From Mactra antiquata (lineage: Eukaryota): a stretch of 64,000 bases of DNA. The translations under genes and the position numbers were made by a program. The stretch is taken from assembly GCA_047288015.1 (NCBI GenBank), contig CM103819.1, positions 32,753,354 through 32,817,353 on the forward strand. The letters run 5' to 3'. Positions 23,794 to 37,464 of the stretch are shown here, in pieces (positions within the stretch are counted from its first letter, which is position 1; every line of letters begins with the position of its first letter). The notes under the pieces are model-generated. The model ran no database searches. It was not told where the DNA came from and was given only the letters and a program-made list of their open reading frames with translations.

Positions 23794-23984
23794 TGTAAAA
23801 GCTTCAACTACGTCACTTCCGGCGTGAACAAATTCTTGATGCATGGCGCGTACTAACTCAGGATGTTCCAACACAACTTCCGGTACGAAACCTCCGCTCT
23901 TCAAATAACCACGTCGTTCGAACTCCCACATGTATCCTTCACCGATGAGAACGGTACCTCCGTCCTTCAGCATTTCTTTCAAAC
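23794..23984 (-). CDS. BHMT: BHMT-like paralog B, coding exon 2 (acceptor ttttaaag|GT, donor ACA|gtaagt)
   Basis: Translates to (G)[63 protein letters not shown]. Length 191 nt. The ORF-track M at 23982 is a TTG (Leu), not a real start. It lies about 6 kb upstream of B exon 3, so assigning it to copy B assumes a large TE-filled intron. Confidence 0.65.
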
Positions 23985-26934
23985 CTTTAAAAGAAAAAGA
24001 TAATAGTCAGGAATCCAAAGGCGGAAAAAGTGACGAGCCATGGCATCGGAGAGTAGGAAGTGGCATCCATGCTCAAGAGTATCGTTGATGTCCATGTAAT
24101 ACCAAACGGCCGGATGCCAACTTTGATTTTGCTTCGTTGTCTCAGAATTAGGTCAAAGGTCAACTGAGTGCATTTATTTTATATGGTCCTATGTATTTCT
24201 CAATAGCTTGGAAAGTATAAGAGATATGTCAATTAATTTGGTACGAAAATGAAGGTAATGCTTTGTACTTTTATAATATGGGAAACACTTCTTTCTAAAT
24301 CATTTGCATAATTATGAATATTAATGAGATTGACAAAAATGAAGCAAAATCCATCAACTGAAAGGTACAAAATGTACATTTAAGTGTATTTTTTTTAATT
24401 TCTAAACATACTATTTATGGCCACAACAGTACAAATTTAACGACAATATATATCACTACTAAAAACTGGCCGGAACACTTTGAAACCACATCATATACTT
24501 ACCACTATGAGTATGGATGTGGGTGGGGTAAATTGACGTGTGAACTAAAAAAATCTTCTATAAAACCTGGGTTAATTATTTTTGTTATCCGACTACAATT
24601 GCTAGTATTCATGTCAAAACATGTTTGTATTATGTGTATATTGCTAGATGACAGAAATCATATTTCAAATTGAATAAGTCTCATAGTGCATAACTTTTAT
24701 TATTGCGTTATGGTTGTTTAAATAATGCAAGATTGTTGATAAAATTGAACATAACACCTTAGTTTCGTTCCATAAATAGTATTCTGTAATTAAGGCATTG
24801 AATGCAATGACTTCAATATAATTACCCAATAACTGGTTTGGACTAAGCCAAAACGTAATCCGTTTCCAGCTTTGAGAGAACTGAATGTTTTTATGTGATC
24901 ACTATCAGCGTGCCATACACGCAACTTGACTGAAGTGTTGCCGAGCATTTGTCTTTCAGAAATAGCTGTAGAACTCAAATACTGATTTCCATTGCGACGC
25001 TTGGGAGGACCGAAATAGGTAGAAAATGCCATTTTTGCACTTTCTAATCTCAAATTGCATTGCAGACAGTATTATTTTCCCAAAATGATGTCCAAGGTGC
25101 TATTATTTGTACTAGTGAACAAAGAGGGGGGGGGGGCACATCCCCAACGGACTTGATAGATGTGAAAACTCGTTGATGTCTGTCAATGTATTTAATATGT
25201 ATACCGGTATTTGTTATTTGTGTGATATTGTCAACAATGTTACATTTTGCAAGATTATGAAAAGAACTCTCTGAAAATGACGTATAAAATTTGCATCAAT
25301 CATTGTCAGCATCATGTATTTACGAGTATTTACTTTATTTTTACCGGATAACAATCTTTTTCCAAGAATTACAATTAATATGTCCTCATACTAAACTAAA
25401 CATTTACATGTATTCATGGGAAAACTATATTTTCTCTTTACTGCATTTACATGGAGCATTTGTAGTTTATGTATCCGTAAACATTTCTTTGCATAAACGA
25501 TGAGTATTACTATCCATAGCATCAATAGGCCTGTAAGAAAAATGAGACATGTTATGAGTTCCTTCATTTAAATGACTTGCAATTAGTAGTAAATGTTTGA
25601 AATATCAAATTTATAGTTGTTCATACGATGGGACTGATTGCATAGTATGGCCAACACATTGCATTTAGTATTTAGTTATAACATTTATCACATTTTCTGA
25701 GTGGCAGTTTGTATTATGTCGGATTATCCAACGATTGTCCTGTATCAGAACTTGCAAATTTAGAGCTAGAGTTTATACGAACACAACGAGCGTTATGTTT
25801 TCTATTACTGCTGTTGATTAAAAAGTATCAATTGTATTGTCATTCTTAAAGTTTGAAGTGACTAAAACGCCATACAAATGTTTAGAATTGTTTAACTCTC
25901 TCATTTTTATTATAATAATAATTATGTCCAAGTACCTATTTAGGGAAATGCCAATATTAGGCAATGATGAGTTAAACTCCACAACAAAGGGGATAATACT
26001 CTTTTCCTCGTTGGTACAGGCACTGTCCCACGAACTTGGTAATAAGTTTTGTCCAAAGTTGCCTGGTTTCAATAGTAGGAAAGCAAGATTAGGACATGAA
26101 CCGTTTCTACACTGTATAACAAAACTTTATCTATTACAATGCAGAGCCATGTATTCCCAGAGAAACTATTCAAACCAAGAACTGATTCACTATGGCAGAT
26201 TGTAACTTAAAGTGCAAGTTAGTCTTGAACCCACGAATGGGTATAAAATAAAAGGCAACTCTGAAGGTTCAGTTATAATGTTAATTGACTCCACGAACTT
26301 GTATAAAATGTTCTATATTACATTGTATTCGCTCAAATTGCAGGCTAAATAACTCAACCATGTGTATTTTGTTGCCTACAAATCGCATGTCATATCGAAT
26401 AAACAGTAGATCTTGTCCGTTTCATATTATTAACTATACAATTGCACTTTTTTGCTATCCATGTAATATGGATAACATATATAAAGTTCTACAAAAAACT
26501 AAGCTATGTATGGTTTGAAAAAAATCCAAACATTAATACAATTTGACATTTTGCGTCTTGTGCTCCTTTCAAGCATTAGTAATGTAAACAGTCGTAATCC
26601 AATCGGCATAAATTTCGTATTTGATACCATAAAAAACTTTATCATTTCAAATTATCTTATAGAATAGAATTACATAAAAACACAGACTGCAGTATTAATT
26701 CAGTAAAAAATGGTTAAGACAATATAATTGTATTTTGCAAATAATAATATCCATTTTCCATGGTTGCGTTTTTACACAAGTATTAAGTAAGTTTGTCATG
26801 AAACATTATTGACTTTGTTTTCAAATGTTTGAAACAAAAAACCAGGAATGATGTGTACTGAAAGATAAAATACAAGTGTGTGAACTACTTCAGTTTTTGA
26901 AGTTACATCAAACTACACTTATATCTTACAAGTG

Positions 26935-27205
26935 CAAACCGACATGACCGATTGTTCAATCATATCGCGGCGGTCAGTCGACCTACACACAGTCCTTGGA
27001 GAAACTTAGATCTCTAGACCAAAGCTGTAATCAGTATTAAACACATGCCGTCGTCAGTGATTGCAACTGGCCTACTTGATACAGCGGTAGCAGGGAGAAT
27101 GGTCGTAGTAATTATTTATGGCAAAACTCCATGTAGGCCTGGCACGGGAATCGAACATACGATCCCTAAATTGAGTCACCACGGACTAAGCTAAGCGGGT
27201 GGGCA
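26935..27205 (-). mobile_element. tRNA-derived SINE, family B-related, minus orientation
   Basis: The reverse complement gives a tRNA-like head (..TAGCTTAGTCCGTGG..GGATCGTATGTTCGATTCCCGTGCCAGG). Body ..CCATTCTCCCTGCTACCGCTGTATCAAGTAGGCCAGTTGCAATCACTGACG..AGAGATCTAAG..GTAGGTCGACTGACCGCCGCGATATGA. Confidence 0.6.
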
Positions 27206-30200
27206 TAACTGTAGTTAAAATCGTCTTCAGTTGTAGTTATGGATAGTTGTATATAATCCGTGTGTCTCTATTGAGTAGGCATGTCAATCGTGAATAGGTC
27301 GTAATATGTGTTCATTGAGTCTGTCCATTAAATTAGAATTGGTACATTGAGTTGAACTTGAGAAGACTACTAAATGGAAATTTCTCTAATAACTCATCTT
27401 TATATAGTTTCTTTGAAACCACAGTATTGTTACAAGTTTTAAAATCACGTATAACATTTAATGTCATTTAAGTTTGATGTTCAAGTGGTACCATGTGTGT
27501 TTGCCGGTTGTTCCGTAGATAGAAACATTTCTCAACCGAATATCTACTGCGCAGCAACATACAGATACATTTTAACATCGTATGGGGTCAATCTTTTAGA
27601 TAGTGGTTATTTTTATACTGTAGTGTCTCTTAAAACAGGGGCACCATTAGGGTCAAAACTTTGAATGTTAAATGGGGGTGTCCGGCTTAAAAAAACTGTC
27701 GTTTTTCATACAATGTTATGAACGTCTGTACACTTGATCCTTGTAGGATCTCTCCATGTATATATACATGTATATTTACTAATATTTGATTAGTACATTA
27801 CAAATAGGGGTTATATTCTAATTTGGCTCATTAAGGAATGCTACATGTATACTTTAAAACAATAATACTAGACCTACCAGTTTTACAATTGATATGTTCA
27901 TTTTCATTTGGTTGCCATGGCAACCAATGTCAACCAGCGTACTTAGTTATGAAAAATAATCTGAGAGTGAAACACCTTTGTAACATTTTTATGTTAAAAT
28001 TGTTGCGATAGTTTACATGTATTAAGAAACCGATTAAGTTACTCAATTTTCATGCAAAAAGGGAGTTAATAGCCACCAACCTTTATAACTAACGAGCGTG
28101 TCCTGATATATCAAAATATTTTTAAACTTTAAATTTCTACCTTCCAAAGTAATTATATACCTCTATCTCCAACCAAACGCAAGCCAGAAAACGATTATGC
28201 ATTAAGTACGTATTATCAAATCTGTTAGTATGAAAGTAGCATTCAAGGGCCGGGATTCAAACCCACAATGCTATGTGCATGCATTGTTATTTCCTTATTT
28301 TCATAAAAAACAGTGTTTTGAAAGGTATAGTACTCGAAATTATTTAATTAGTGACTATAAGTATTTAGATCAACATTAGCATATTTTACATGACATTTTT
28401 AAGTTTAAAGTGTCAGCGGGATATTTTACCCCACCAACTTAACAAGTATTGTATATGAAAACTGGTGTAAACTTTCTGTACGAATTTTATATCAACATAA
28501 AGATAACTACCAGGGTATGTTTTATGTGAAGTGTAAATGATCAGAAATAAGAAGCAAAAAGAAATTGGATGGTTTACTTCGATAGTTCGCCCCTTCCTAT
28601 ACTAAACATCTGGGCTACTTTTGTCTTCTTATTACCAATTATTAGCCTGAGAGCTTGTTACTGCTCATAAAATGACATTAAATGAAAGAACTATCTCCCA
28701 GCTTTATTTTGATACCATATTGAATGTTTTAGACAAATAATTAATAAAGATATGGTGAGTTATAGCAAACATGTATCCGAACTGCACTCATTTGACCTTT
28801 GACCTAATTTGTGACCTACATTGGGACTTTCACGCTTGGCATCCAGCCAAACTATATGCAGACCCTATTGACAAATACAGATATCATACTCTAACATTCC
28901 TACTCTTTCATGCCATGGACCATGAAAAACAAGCCACTTTTTCGTAATTGGATTCCCGACTATAATGTCCAACAATCATACATATATTGCATAAAAGCCA
29001 TTACGTTGACCACCAGATCTCCACCTAACGGCCGCCTTTGTGTATACATGGGACTGTTTCATGTTTGTAGACAATATTGTATTAATGAAGCATATACTTA
29101 TGTAGATTTTAAGAATTTAAGGGCTCTGGTGCCAGTACTCCCGATAGTTGATTAGGCCGAAGGCATTGATATCATCTGTTGAACCAAATGCTAATGTCGA
29201 ACGTCGAACTGGTTCGATGTTCGATATTGAATATCAAATATCGAACGTCGAATGTTGTGCCAAGTTATTGGACCTGACCTCTCAGCTCAGATACATTGAG
29301 GACACTCGGTATTAATATAAAAAAATGTAGCATATTATATTATATTTGCATATATATCGTGTGTAATAAAGATGATGCAAGACATTCAATCATGCATGAA
29401 GGCAAACATTCTACATTATTTTCGATGTTTTCATGCCCATTAGATGTTGTTTTTTTTGCATTCCTAGGAGTACAACTGAATACGTGCGTACTAAGAATGT
29501 GTTAACCTTTATCATCTACAGTAATACACTCAGGGTTTGTTTACTGAGTGTATGCGAAACTGGTAATTCTTTGAATGTCATTCAATAATTGTTTAAACAC
29601 GAATACAAAAATAAACAATGCATGTTGGCTTTTGATTTCATAAAAATAATCCTTATCACAATACAGCCCCATGATATAGTGGAGTCGCTTGGTATCTTAG
29701 AATGCCACGAAGTATTCGAAGTGCGTGGCGGATTAAGGAAGCAAAGTGTTCAGGCAGGCTCAGCGCCTTATATCTTAGATTTTTCAAAATGTTTGAAGTT
29801 TTATACTTAATAACATAGCATTCAACAACTGATTGCTATTTCCATTAATTCTGTATTATTTGTGCTGTCCATCCAACTAAGGCGTAATTAAAACTAATTA
29901 ATTTATTCTCCAAAGAAATTGCATTTTCTCGAGGAGGGGGCGATTTTGAACTTGCCATGCACCTTAAGACTTATTTAATGCGAGTGTCTGTAACAGAGAA
30001 ATATTTTCAATCTAGAGGCCAAAAGCTTAAAAAGCTAAGTGCAAAAAGTTCTACTGCAAATTATTTGCAAAATCAGCAATGTTCTGTATAATCGTTCGGA
30101 TAAAAGCTTAACCGTTGCAAATGATGATGCAATTGTGCCACGCATCTGTAGCGTGCTATTACAATATACATGTACTATGAACGATAAATTGGTTAAGATA

Positions 30201-32443
30201 ACGCACCGCTAATATACATTCAACTTCTTAATCGCAATGTACGTATGAACAAGTGTATTTTACCATTATAATAGAAAACTGCAAACAATACTAACTCTGC
30301 ATAATTTATTATAAATTATTTATATCATTTCCATAATAAAAAAACAAGTCCTAAACGCTAATCATTCTTATTTTCCGTTATTTGAAATGAACCTATAAAT
30401 GCAAGAACCAAAGTTGGCCGGCACGGTCCCTTACGGCATACATGTCACTTTCATAGGTTTCAAAATTTTTATTCTTTAAAACATAATTCAAAACCTTAAA
30501 ATAGTCAAATACAAACTTTGCATTTTGAGAAGTCTTAAAGATGCTCATTCACAAATTTCAACTTAAATATCAACTTTCTAAAAATCTCAAATTTGTTTAA
30601 AACCATTTTGAAAGCTGTATTATAGTGTTTTGCTAATGACAATTTTAGTCCAAATTAACATACAACTGTGAACGATGGTGATTTAATGTAAAAAACCTTC
30701 CCCGTTAGTAACGGTATAGATGATTTAGTGTGTTTTTTTTATTTTTTATTTTCTAATTTTATATTTCTCACAACCTATAGGTCAGTTTGCCATAAAATAT
30801 TAAGAATTCATTTTCTAAACACAATAACAGACACTAACAGGTAATTTTAAAATATCAAAAGAAAATAACCAAATCTGTGAACGAGTAACTTTAAATAATT
30901 CAGATATTTAAAAATCCAATTCGTGTATATAAAATACATGTAAATACTAAATTACTAAATTTCTGCAAATAAATGAAAACAAACATCAACAAACCTTTTG
31001 CAGGCATTCTGTCTGTTCTTTTATATCCGTCAAATAAAGAAAAAATAATAAACGTCTTGCGCCGAAATTGAGCAGTGAAATAACTTCAATGTGAGCTTCA
31101 ACCCGAAAATTGCTCTTTTATATGACTGCAGAAAAGTCAAACCGACATACATGTATATACGAAATTTGTAAGTCGTAGAAAGTAGGTAAGTCTGTAGATT
31201 AGATAAGTTAATGGTCGTTTGCAAAAACCTATCTGGTTTAAGCCAGTTTCACAATCCTTGCGAGAGAGTAACTAGAAATAATACTGCGGGGGAGTGTTAA
31301 AAATGAGGACACATAATCCGTATACAAAGTTCGCGATATACACCAAATCATAAGTGATGTATGGCGGTGGACATTACTTAAAGGTTGCTTAGATTGTTAA
31401 CTTAGCTAAGTACGTTTCACCCGAGTAAATTGATTTTTTCAAGTTCGTAGCGTTAGTTAAAGGGGAGAGTCAATGCAAAAACAACTTGGTCTTAAATGTT
31501 TCGGAGACAAACTCAAATGTGAAAGAATTTTTAAAATCGACTGCCTATTAAAGATATTCATAATTAAAGATGCAAAATATTTGTGCATGAATATTAATTA
31601 GTTTGACGTGTCCATTTTTTATTTGAGTTCTATTATGTCTAATTTTCTTGGACTATAGTGGCATTAAAATCAAAAAGTTACTGTGTATTGAACTTTAAAA
31701 AATACATATTCAATTTGCAATTTATATTTTTTATAACAGAGAAATTAGCAATGCGCATATTAATTAACTTCTTATGATGTCATTCTGATGTCATGCGAAG
31801 TATGAAAAATATACATCTAAATGCTCATAATTTCGTTAATAATCATGCAAATTAAAAAAGTCTGTCACTTCTGTGTTTCTTTTTTGATACACTATTATTT
31901 AAGCTACAGTTGTTTTTGTGACTGAATCTGCCTTTTAACATTTGTTACCTTTGTGATGATGCAAAAGTGAAAAATAACTGAGCATTTCAACGTTCAAGAC
32001 ATTCGGAAATAAAAAAAGTCAAAATATATTTCTATGTCAGTGTGACCATACTGTTTTTAACATATCATCGATGGGTAGATTATATGTACAAAGTACTTGC
32101 ATCAGAAACGTACTTATAATTGTAATTTTTGATAGATTTTGGTTTAAATTTAAAATGAGTGCTTAATATTTGAACATTTTGTTTCTATTGTGGGATTTTA
32201 ACACAATGCATGAAAAATATCTTCATTGAATAAACACATCCTACCTTCAAAGTACATATAATAAGCGCCGTAATCTTTATGACTTTATTACATCATATTA
32301 CATGCATACATTTACTTCTGTATTGCTATGGTGTCCAATGCCATCTTCAAAACTTTTTTCTGTCATATCTTATCAAACTTTTCGTACTAATGTTGTTGTT
32401 CTATACTCTAACCAGTTCTTACATACTGTTTCACCTACTCTGT

Positions 32444-32700
32444 TAGCTTGGTCGGTAGCACGTTTAACTGTCCATACAGGGGATGGGTTTCAATTCCCGG
32501 GCGGGAGCTAACACATACCTTTTTGAGTTTGGTCAAGATATACTTTCAACAGCCATTCCCCCTCTTACCGCTGTATCAAGTAGGGCAGTTGTCAGTCACT
32601 GAAGAATGCGTATGCTAAGCTCCAGTTAGAAAAAACAAACTGGTTAAAACTTAGGTCTAGAAATTTAAGCCTCTCCAGACATAGTGCGTAGCCGCGGTGT
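32444..32700 (+). mobile_element. tRNA-derived SINE, family B-related
   Basis: Head ..GCTTGGTCGGTAGCACG..GGGATGGGTTTCAATTCCCGGGCGGGAGC. Body ..CAGCCATTCCCCCTCTTACCGCTGTATCAAGTAGGGCAGTTGTCAGTCACTGAAG.... Confidence 0.6.
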
Positions 32701-34254
32701 GACTTTAAAATCGTTCAAACATACTTTTTCTCGAGCACGTGGCCACTTTAAATTTTCACTCTAGAAGAAGAAGAAACTGGCATTTTGTCAAAGATACAAC
32801 TTTCTGCAGTCGATATAGAACCCGGTTCCACGATGTAGAATTCTTCACTTGTCCTCAGCTGTGGATTCTGCATGCAGTAATCTTAGCGTACTGGATATTT
32901 GTATTGATTTGTAAATGACCGTTACATACTTGTATAGATTGTTCATATTGACCTGAGACAGATTAATGTATTTATTTACAAGTTTTAATATCTTCACTCT
33001 AGCTTACTGATTTAATGAATGGAAATGATATTTACAATGGACGAATCCATCGTCACATGTCATTGTGAAGAGGCTATGAATATTATTTTAATATTATTCC
33101 TGGTCTCAGGGTAAAGTGTACAAGCTATATAAATGATTTTTTAATTCCATTCCTGGTCTAAGGATAAAGTGAATAAGATATAAATGGTAATTGGGTTGTA
33201 TATTCCTTTTTACAGGCCTATATGAATAAGATTATACATAAAAGAGGTTTGTGGTGAAAGTTTTAGACATCTGTATGACTATATAATTATGATACTTATA
33301 TAGTAGGAAGTGTCTGTGTTTATCATGACTTTGTGTACAGATTATCTAAATCGTCCCATAGTTTATTGACCTTTAAGATTTTAACTTTGCTACTAATCAC
33401 CTTGATGATTGTTATAATGTTTCGATACTCACTAATGTCATTGACCGCCAAAATTGTCGATTATTACGCAAATATCGGTAACTCTTATCGGTTCTGTACA
33501 TGTATAGAGTGAACATCCTCTTACAGTCAAGACCTGATAACTTCCACCTCTAAACAATAATAACCTCAAAGACGGCATATTTCAAAGTAAAGGGCCCTCC
33601 CTACAACAGTTCACTCTCTATAGCAGTCAGTTTAGCAAGGTCTTTCTACTGACTGTTGGATTATTTCTTTGTATTTATACATTGAGATTATAGTTATTAA
33701 GGGAGGTAATTTACAAATAAGGGACGCTACTCCGTACTACGAATGATAAAACGTACTAGAAACATAGATGATCTGCTCTGACTTATTTCTCACAACCCAA
33801 CAGTGTAAGAAAACAAAATAAAGAAATGCCGTTCGTACATAACAGTCTTAAAATTAAGTATTTGAACAGTGATTGTCAGAAACAACATTTTTAGCTGGCT
33901 GTTCCGAATTGACGAAACCTTAAGTGAATATTGAAATTCACTTTTAAATACCATTGGCTGAAAGCTTTTAGATTCATAATCGTTGTTGATTATGTCTGAT
34001 ATTGCTTTGAATCATTTCCATTGCCAAAAAGAAATCTTGAACTGTACGAATAGCAAAATGGTTCGTCTGGACAACCGCTAATTTTGCAAGCAAATGCTCT
34101 GTGTGTTAGTCCCGGACAACTGCATTTATGCAAGATTATGCATCGTGTGGTTGCCCCTGAATAACTGCTCGTTATGTAAACTGGTGCTTGTGTGGTTATG
34201 GTCAACTTGAAGAACCTATTTGTTTATTTGGTATACATTTGTGGTATATCTGAA

Positions 34255-34510
34255 ACACTGGAACCTCAGAGGTTCGATCTCTTGGCGGGGCATACTTTCG
34301 TGGAGCTTGGTCATGAAATAAATTCTACGGCCATTCTCCCTCCTACAACTGATTCTAAATCATGTAGGGCAGTTGTCAGTCACTGACGAAAGTATGCGCC
34401 TAGTAACTGGTTAACAGCTAGATCCAGAGATTTAGCAATTCCAGGAACGGTGAGTAGGTTGACTGACCGCCGTGATATGACCTATACAATGTGTTGCTAC
34501 GGCGTTAAAC
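34255..34510 (+). mobile_element. SINE family B, 5'-truncated head, intact body and tail
   Basis: ..GGTTCGATCTCTTGGCGGGGCATACTTTCGTGGAGCTTGGTCATG...GACTGACCGCCGTGATATGACCTATACAATGTGTTGCTACGGCGTTAAACCC. More than 90% identical to the 23322 copy over the body. Confidence 0.75.
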
Positions 34511-35324
34511 CCAACCAAAGCAAAGGAACCTCGGTATACTACCATCCCCGATTAAAGACCACTTCGCTAAGACATGCAATTATTTGTTTTATATTCAATT
34601 ATCTTTTACCTCGATAATGAGTAAAAGGATGCCGTAAAACTTTAGTGTTACCAATTGCAGTGTATAGACCTACAGCATGCAGATATGACATTCAGTTGAT
34701 ATCCTCAAATACCAGCAATCTTCATTCAGGTGTCCAATACTTATATCTCTGCCATTTAATGGACACGATTGTAACATACCTTTAGACTGAAGGCGGTTTG
34801 AATTATGTGCAGCTGACTGGGCGTGCGGATGGGCGTCCCTTAGTTAAAAAAGTTTCTTCCGATCTTCACCCAATCTTGTTAGAATGTTTGTCACAAGAAA
34901 TACTCGACTATCAGGCCAACTAGCCTGGGATTATAGAGTAATGGACCCTGAATAAGTGTGTGACGGACGTCTTTTGTGACATTTTGTTTTAAAATGAAGT
35001 ACAAGTGTTGTACTATTATATATACATATAGACTTTAACCCCTGAAACAATTTGCTATATAAGCTACCTCTATCTCTTCTCTCTCGGTGTTAACAATAAA
35101 TAAATAACAATTACGTAATGCTAACAAAGGTTATCATTGAGGTTGTTGATTTACAATTACTCTAAATGACTTGTTTTGTAAAGTATGACATAACGTTGAA
35201 CAGTCAATTTAATATATGAATTTATTTTGACCTTGTGAACGTAGTCATTCACATAACCAATTCGCCTAGGTCAGATGACGAATATACATTGCTGATACAT
35301 GGTTAGTTTTGTAGAAACTTATAG

Positions 35325-35535
35325 GAGGCAATTGCGGTCGTACTTGAGTGGTCAGCATGTGAAAGTTCGAATCCGGATCCCAACAGTGGCAAGACATACC
35401 CTTCCATGTTCAGTCGAAAATTATTCTTTTTTCCAACGTATAGGGAGGAGCTGTCGGCTCCTTGTGAAATGGTAAGCGAGTACTGGTAAAGAAGAGTCCA
35501 ACAAAGCTGACCGCCGCGTAAATAACTGGAACAGT
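35325..35535 (+). mobile_element. tRNA-derived SINE, family A
   Basis: ..GAAAGTTCGAATCCGGATCCCAACAGTGGCAAGACATACCCTTCCATGTTCAGTCGAAAATT..TTTTCCAACGTATAGGGAGGAGCTGTCGGC..GTACTGGTAAAGAAGAGTCC..GCTGACCGCCGCGTAAATAACTGG. Confidence 0.65.
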
Positions 35536-36002
35536 TGATAAATGGTGAGAAATCTAAACAAACAGTATGTATGACAAAGAAGATTGTTTATGAATCATTT
35601 ATGTACAACAGTAATTAACTGACAATACTCAAAGAAAATTTCTACTGAATTTCTGTAGCATTTTTTTCAAATGCATAGGGCAATGAATCATATTGATAGT
35701 CATAAAAGCATTTTATTTACAAAATATAATGGCCTTTGCAATCCTTTTATTCTTCCAATATTCATGAACTTACTTAAAATATAGACATTTATTTGCTTAC
35801 ATACACATTACATGCACATCCAACACACCCATGATTATACCTATCCATCATCATCAACAACCACACTGATAGACATATAGTCATTATTCGACATACACTC
35901 ACACACTAATAAACGCACATACATTATCCGACTCACTTTCGCGCATAAATGTTGTCCATGTCCATGAGCGAGCATTAATGATCTCTTCAAGCAGCATTGC
36001 TA

Positions 36003-36334
36003 TCACTTACTTTCTTTATCGGCACCCTCGTACAAAGCATTTAGTTCTTCTTTGCTAAATAATCCTAAAGAATATTTCTTAACTAATGCTCCTTCCTTGC
36101 TGATGTTTTCAGCGGCTTCTCCAATCATTATATTCTGAGTCATATCTGGTGCATACCTCATTGCTTTTGGATTTTTGCCGTATACATCTGCTAGTTCACG
36201 TGTGAGATTTGCAGCATTGCCACAACATAGCCCAATGTATTGAACGCCGATAGCTTTGGCTTCTTCAGCAAATGCTCTGACATCCTTTCTGTTACATATA
36301 AACGTATTTATATTCTCTGGGTACATGAGCTGAC
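36003..36334 (-). CDS. BHMT: BHMT-like paralog C, terminal exon including TGA stop (acceptor tttcaaacag|GTCAGC)
   Basis: Translates to (G)QLMYPENINTFICNRKDVRAFAEEAKAIGVQYIGLCCGNAANLTRELADVYGKNPKAMRYAPDMTQNIMIGEAAENISKEGALVKKYSLGLFSKEELNALYEGADKESK*. Length 332 nt. Confidence 0.78.
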
Positions 36335-36675
36335 CTGTTTGAAATGGAAAAAATCTGGACATTAGTGCATTCTACATTCAAAAATATGACCGAAGACAGT
36401 GTCCTCCATTCTGAGGAAAATTATGATTATCTTTAAGAAGTAGGTAATAGTTGTTGTAAAACTAAATAATAAATGGCAATAGAAACAGTTTACTAACGCT
36501 ATAACAGCGCATCATCACAAAAAGGTCATGTCGCGCCGATAAATGGATTTGAGTGAACTGCATCTGACGAATGAATAGTTAACGCATAAAAGTAATTTTT
36601 GTTAAGACGGCATATAATCCAATCAATCAAGCATGAACGTATTGTAATTAACTGTAATCAATAATTAAATGTTAC

Positions 36676-36757
36676 CAGTTTGGGGATCTTTTAGTGAGTA
36701 CATTGTCCTGCATTCATCAGTGGTTGTCATGGGTACAGGTAATGCTGCAATTGGTCC
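36676..36757 (-). CDS. BHMT: BHMT-like paralog C, exon 6 (acceptor aattttag|GGACCAATTG, donor ACTG|gtaaca)
   Basis: Translates to GPIAALPVPMTTTDECRTMYSLKDPQT. Length 82 nt. Confidence 0.75.
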
Positions 36758-37285
36758 CTAAAATTAGACACAACGAAGTTATAAAAATATTAAATCTTGA
36801 TCGTGATCGACAACTAGTGCTCAGACAGAGCAGCTCTGTTTCAGCATTTAAATAATAATAACCCTGTAGAACGAGCTACTTCAATATCATGTCGAACTAG
36901 CAAATATGTTACCATTCTCACTAGTCAGAGGCTAGAAGGTAAACGATTCTAGATCGATTATGTTTTGATAATCTCTAGGTTCCGAGAATGATAGATTACA
37001 AGCTGTTTATGACAAAAAAAACGTCCAAGTTCAAATACTAGATTTAACAATTTCTACAACGCATGCATTTCCCTATTATAACATACTGAATGTATACACG
37101 TTCAAAAGAAACACAAATAAATTCTATAAATTTCACTGCGCATTTAATTTCCATAGAATTATGTATTTACAATGAAGTGTTTATATCTATCAAATTCATA
37201 GAAACTTGTTATTTGATCCTCAACCTAAGTTTTCGCTTTAAGAATGGAACGGTCAATGTGACACAAAAACGCAATGCAAACATAC

Positions 37286-37464
37286 CTTACAAACTTTCCT
37301 GATTTCTTTAAGTAATGGTAACATTGTGCTTGGACCTCTGGTGCAATTTAAACCAACAACAGCGGCACCAGCAAGTTCTAACTTCCGGCAGGCTTCAGGA
37401 AATCTTACTTTATCTAATGTTACGTCAGGATGAAATGCTGTTAATGTAACCACGGCTGGAATAC
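37286..37464 (-). CDS. BHMT: BHMT-like paralog C, exon 5 (acceptor tttaacag|GTATTCC, donor AAG|gtatgt)
   Basis: Translates to (G)IPAVVTLTAFHPDVTLDKVRFPEACRKLELAGAAVVGLNCTRGPSTMLPLLKEIRKVCK. Length 179 nt. Confidence 0.78.

Noticed and set aside
23980-23982. ORF-track Met starts at 23982 (MKEMLKDGG...), 6054 and 40023 as BHMT translation starts
   Set aside because: The codon at 23980-23982 is TTG (Leu). The track evidently allows TTG/GTG starts. In all three copies the exon begins at a conserved AG acceptor in phase 1, and in copy A an in-frame stop lies immediately upstream. The true initiator must therefore be in an unlocated upstream exon.
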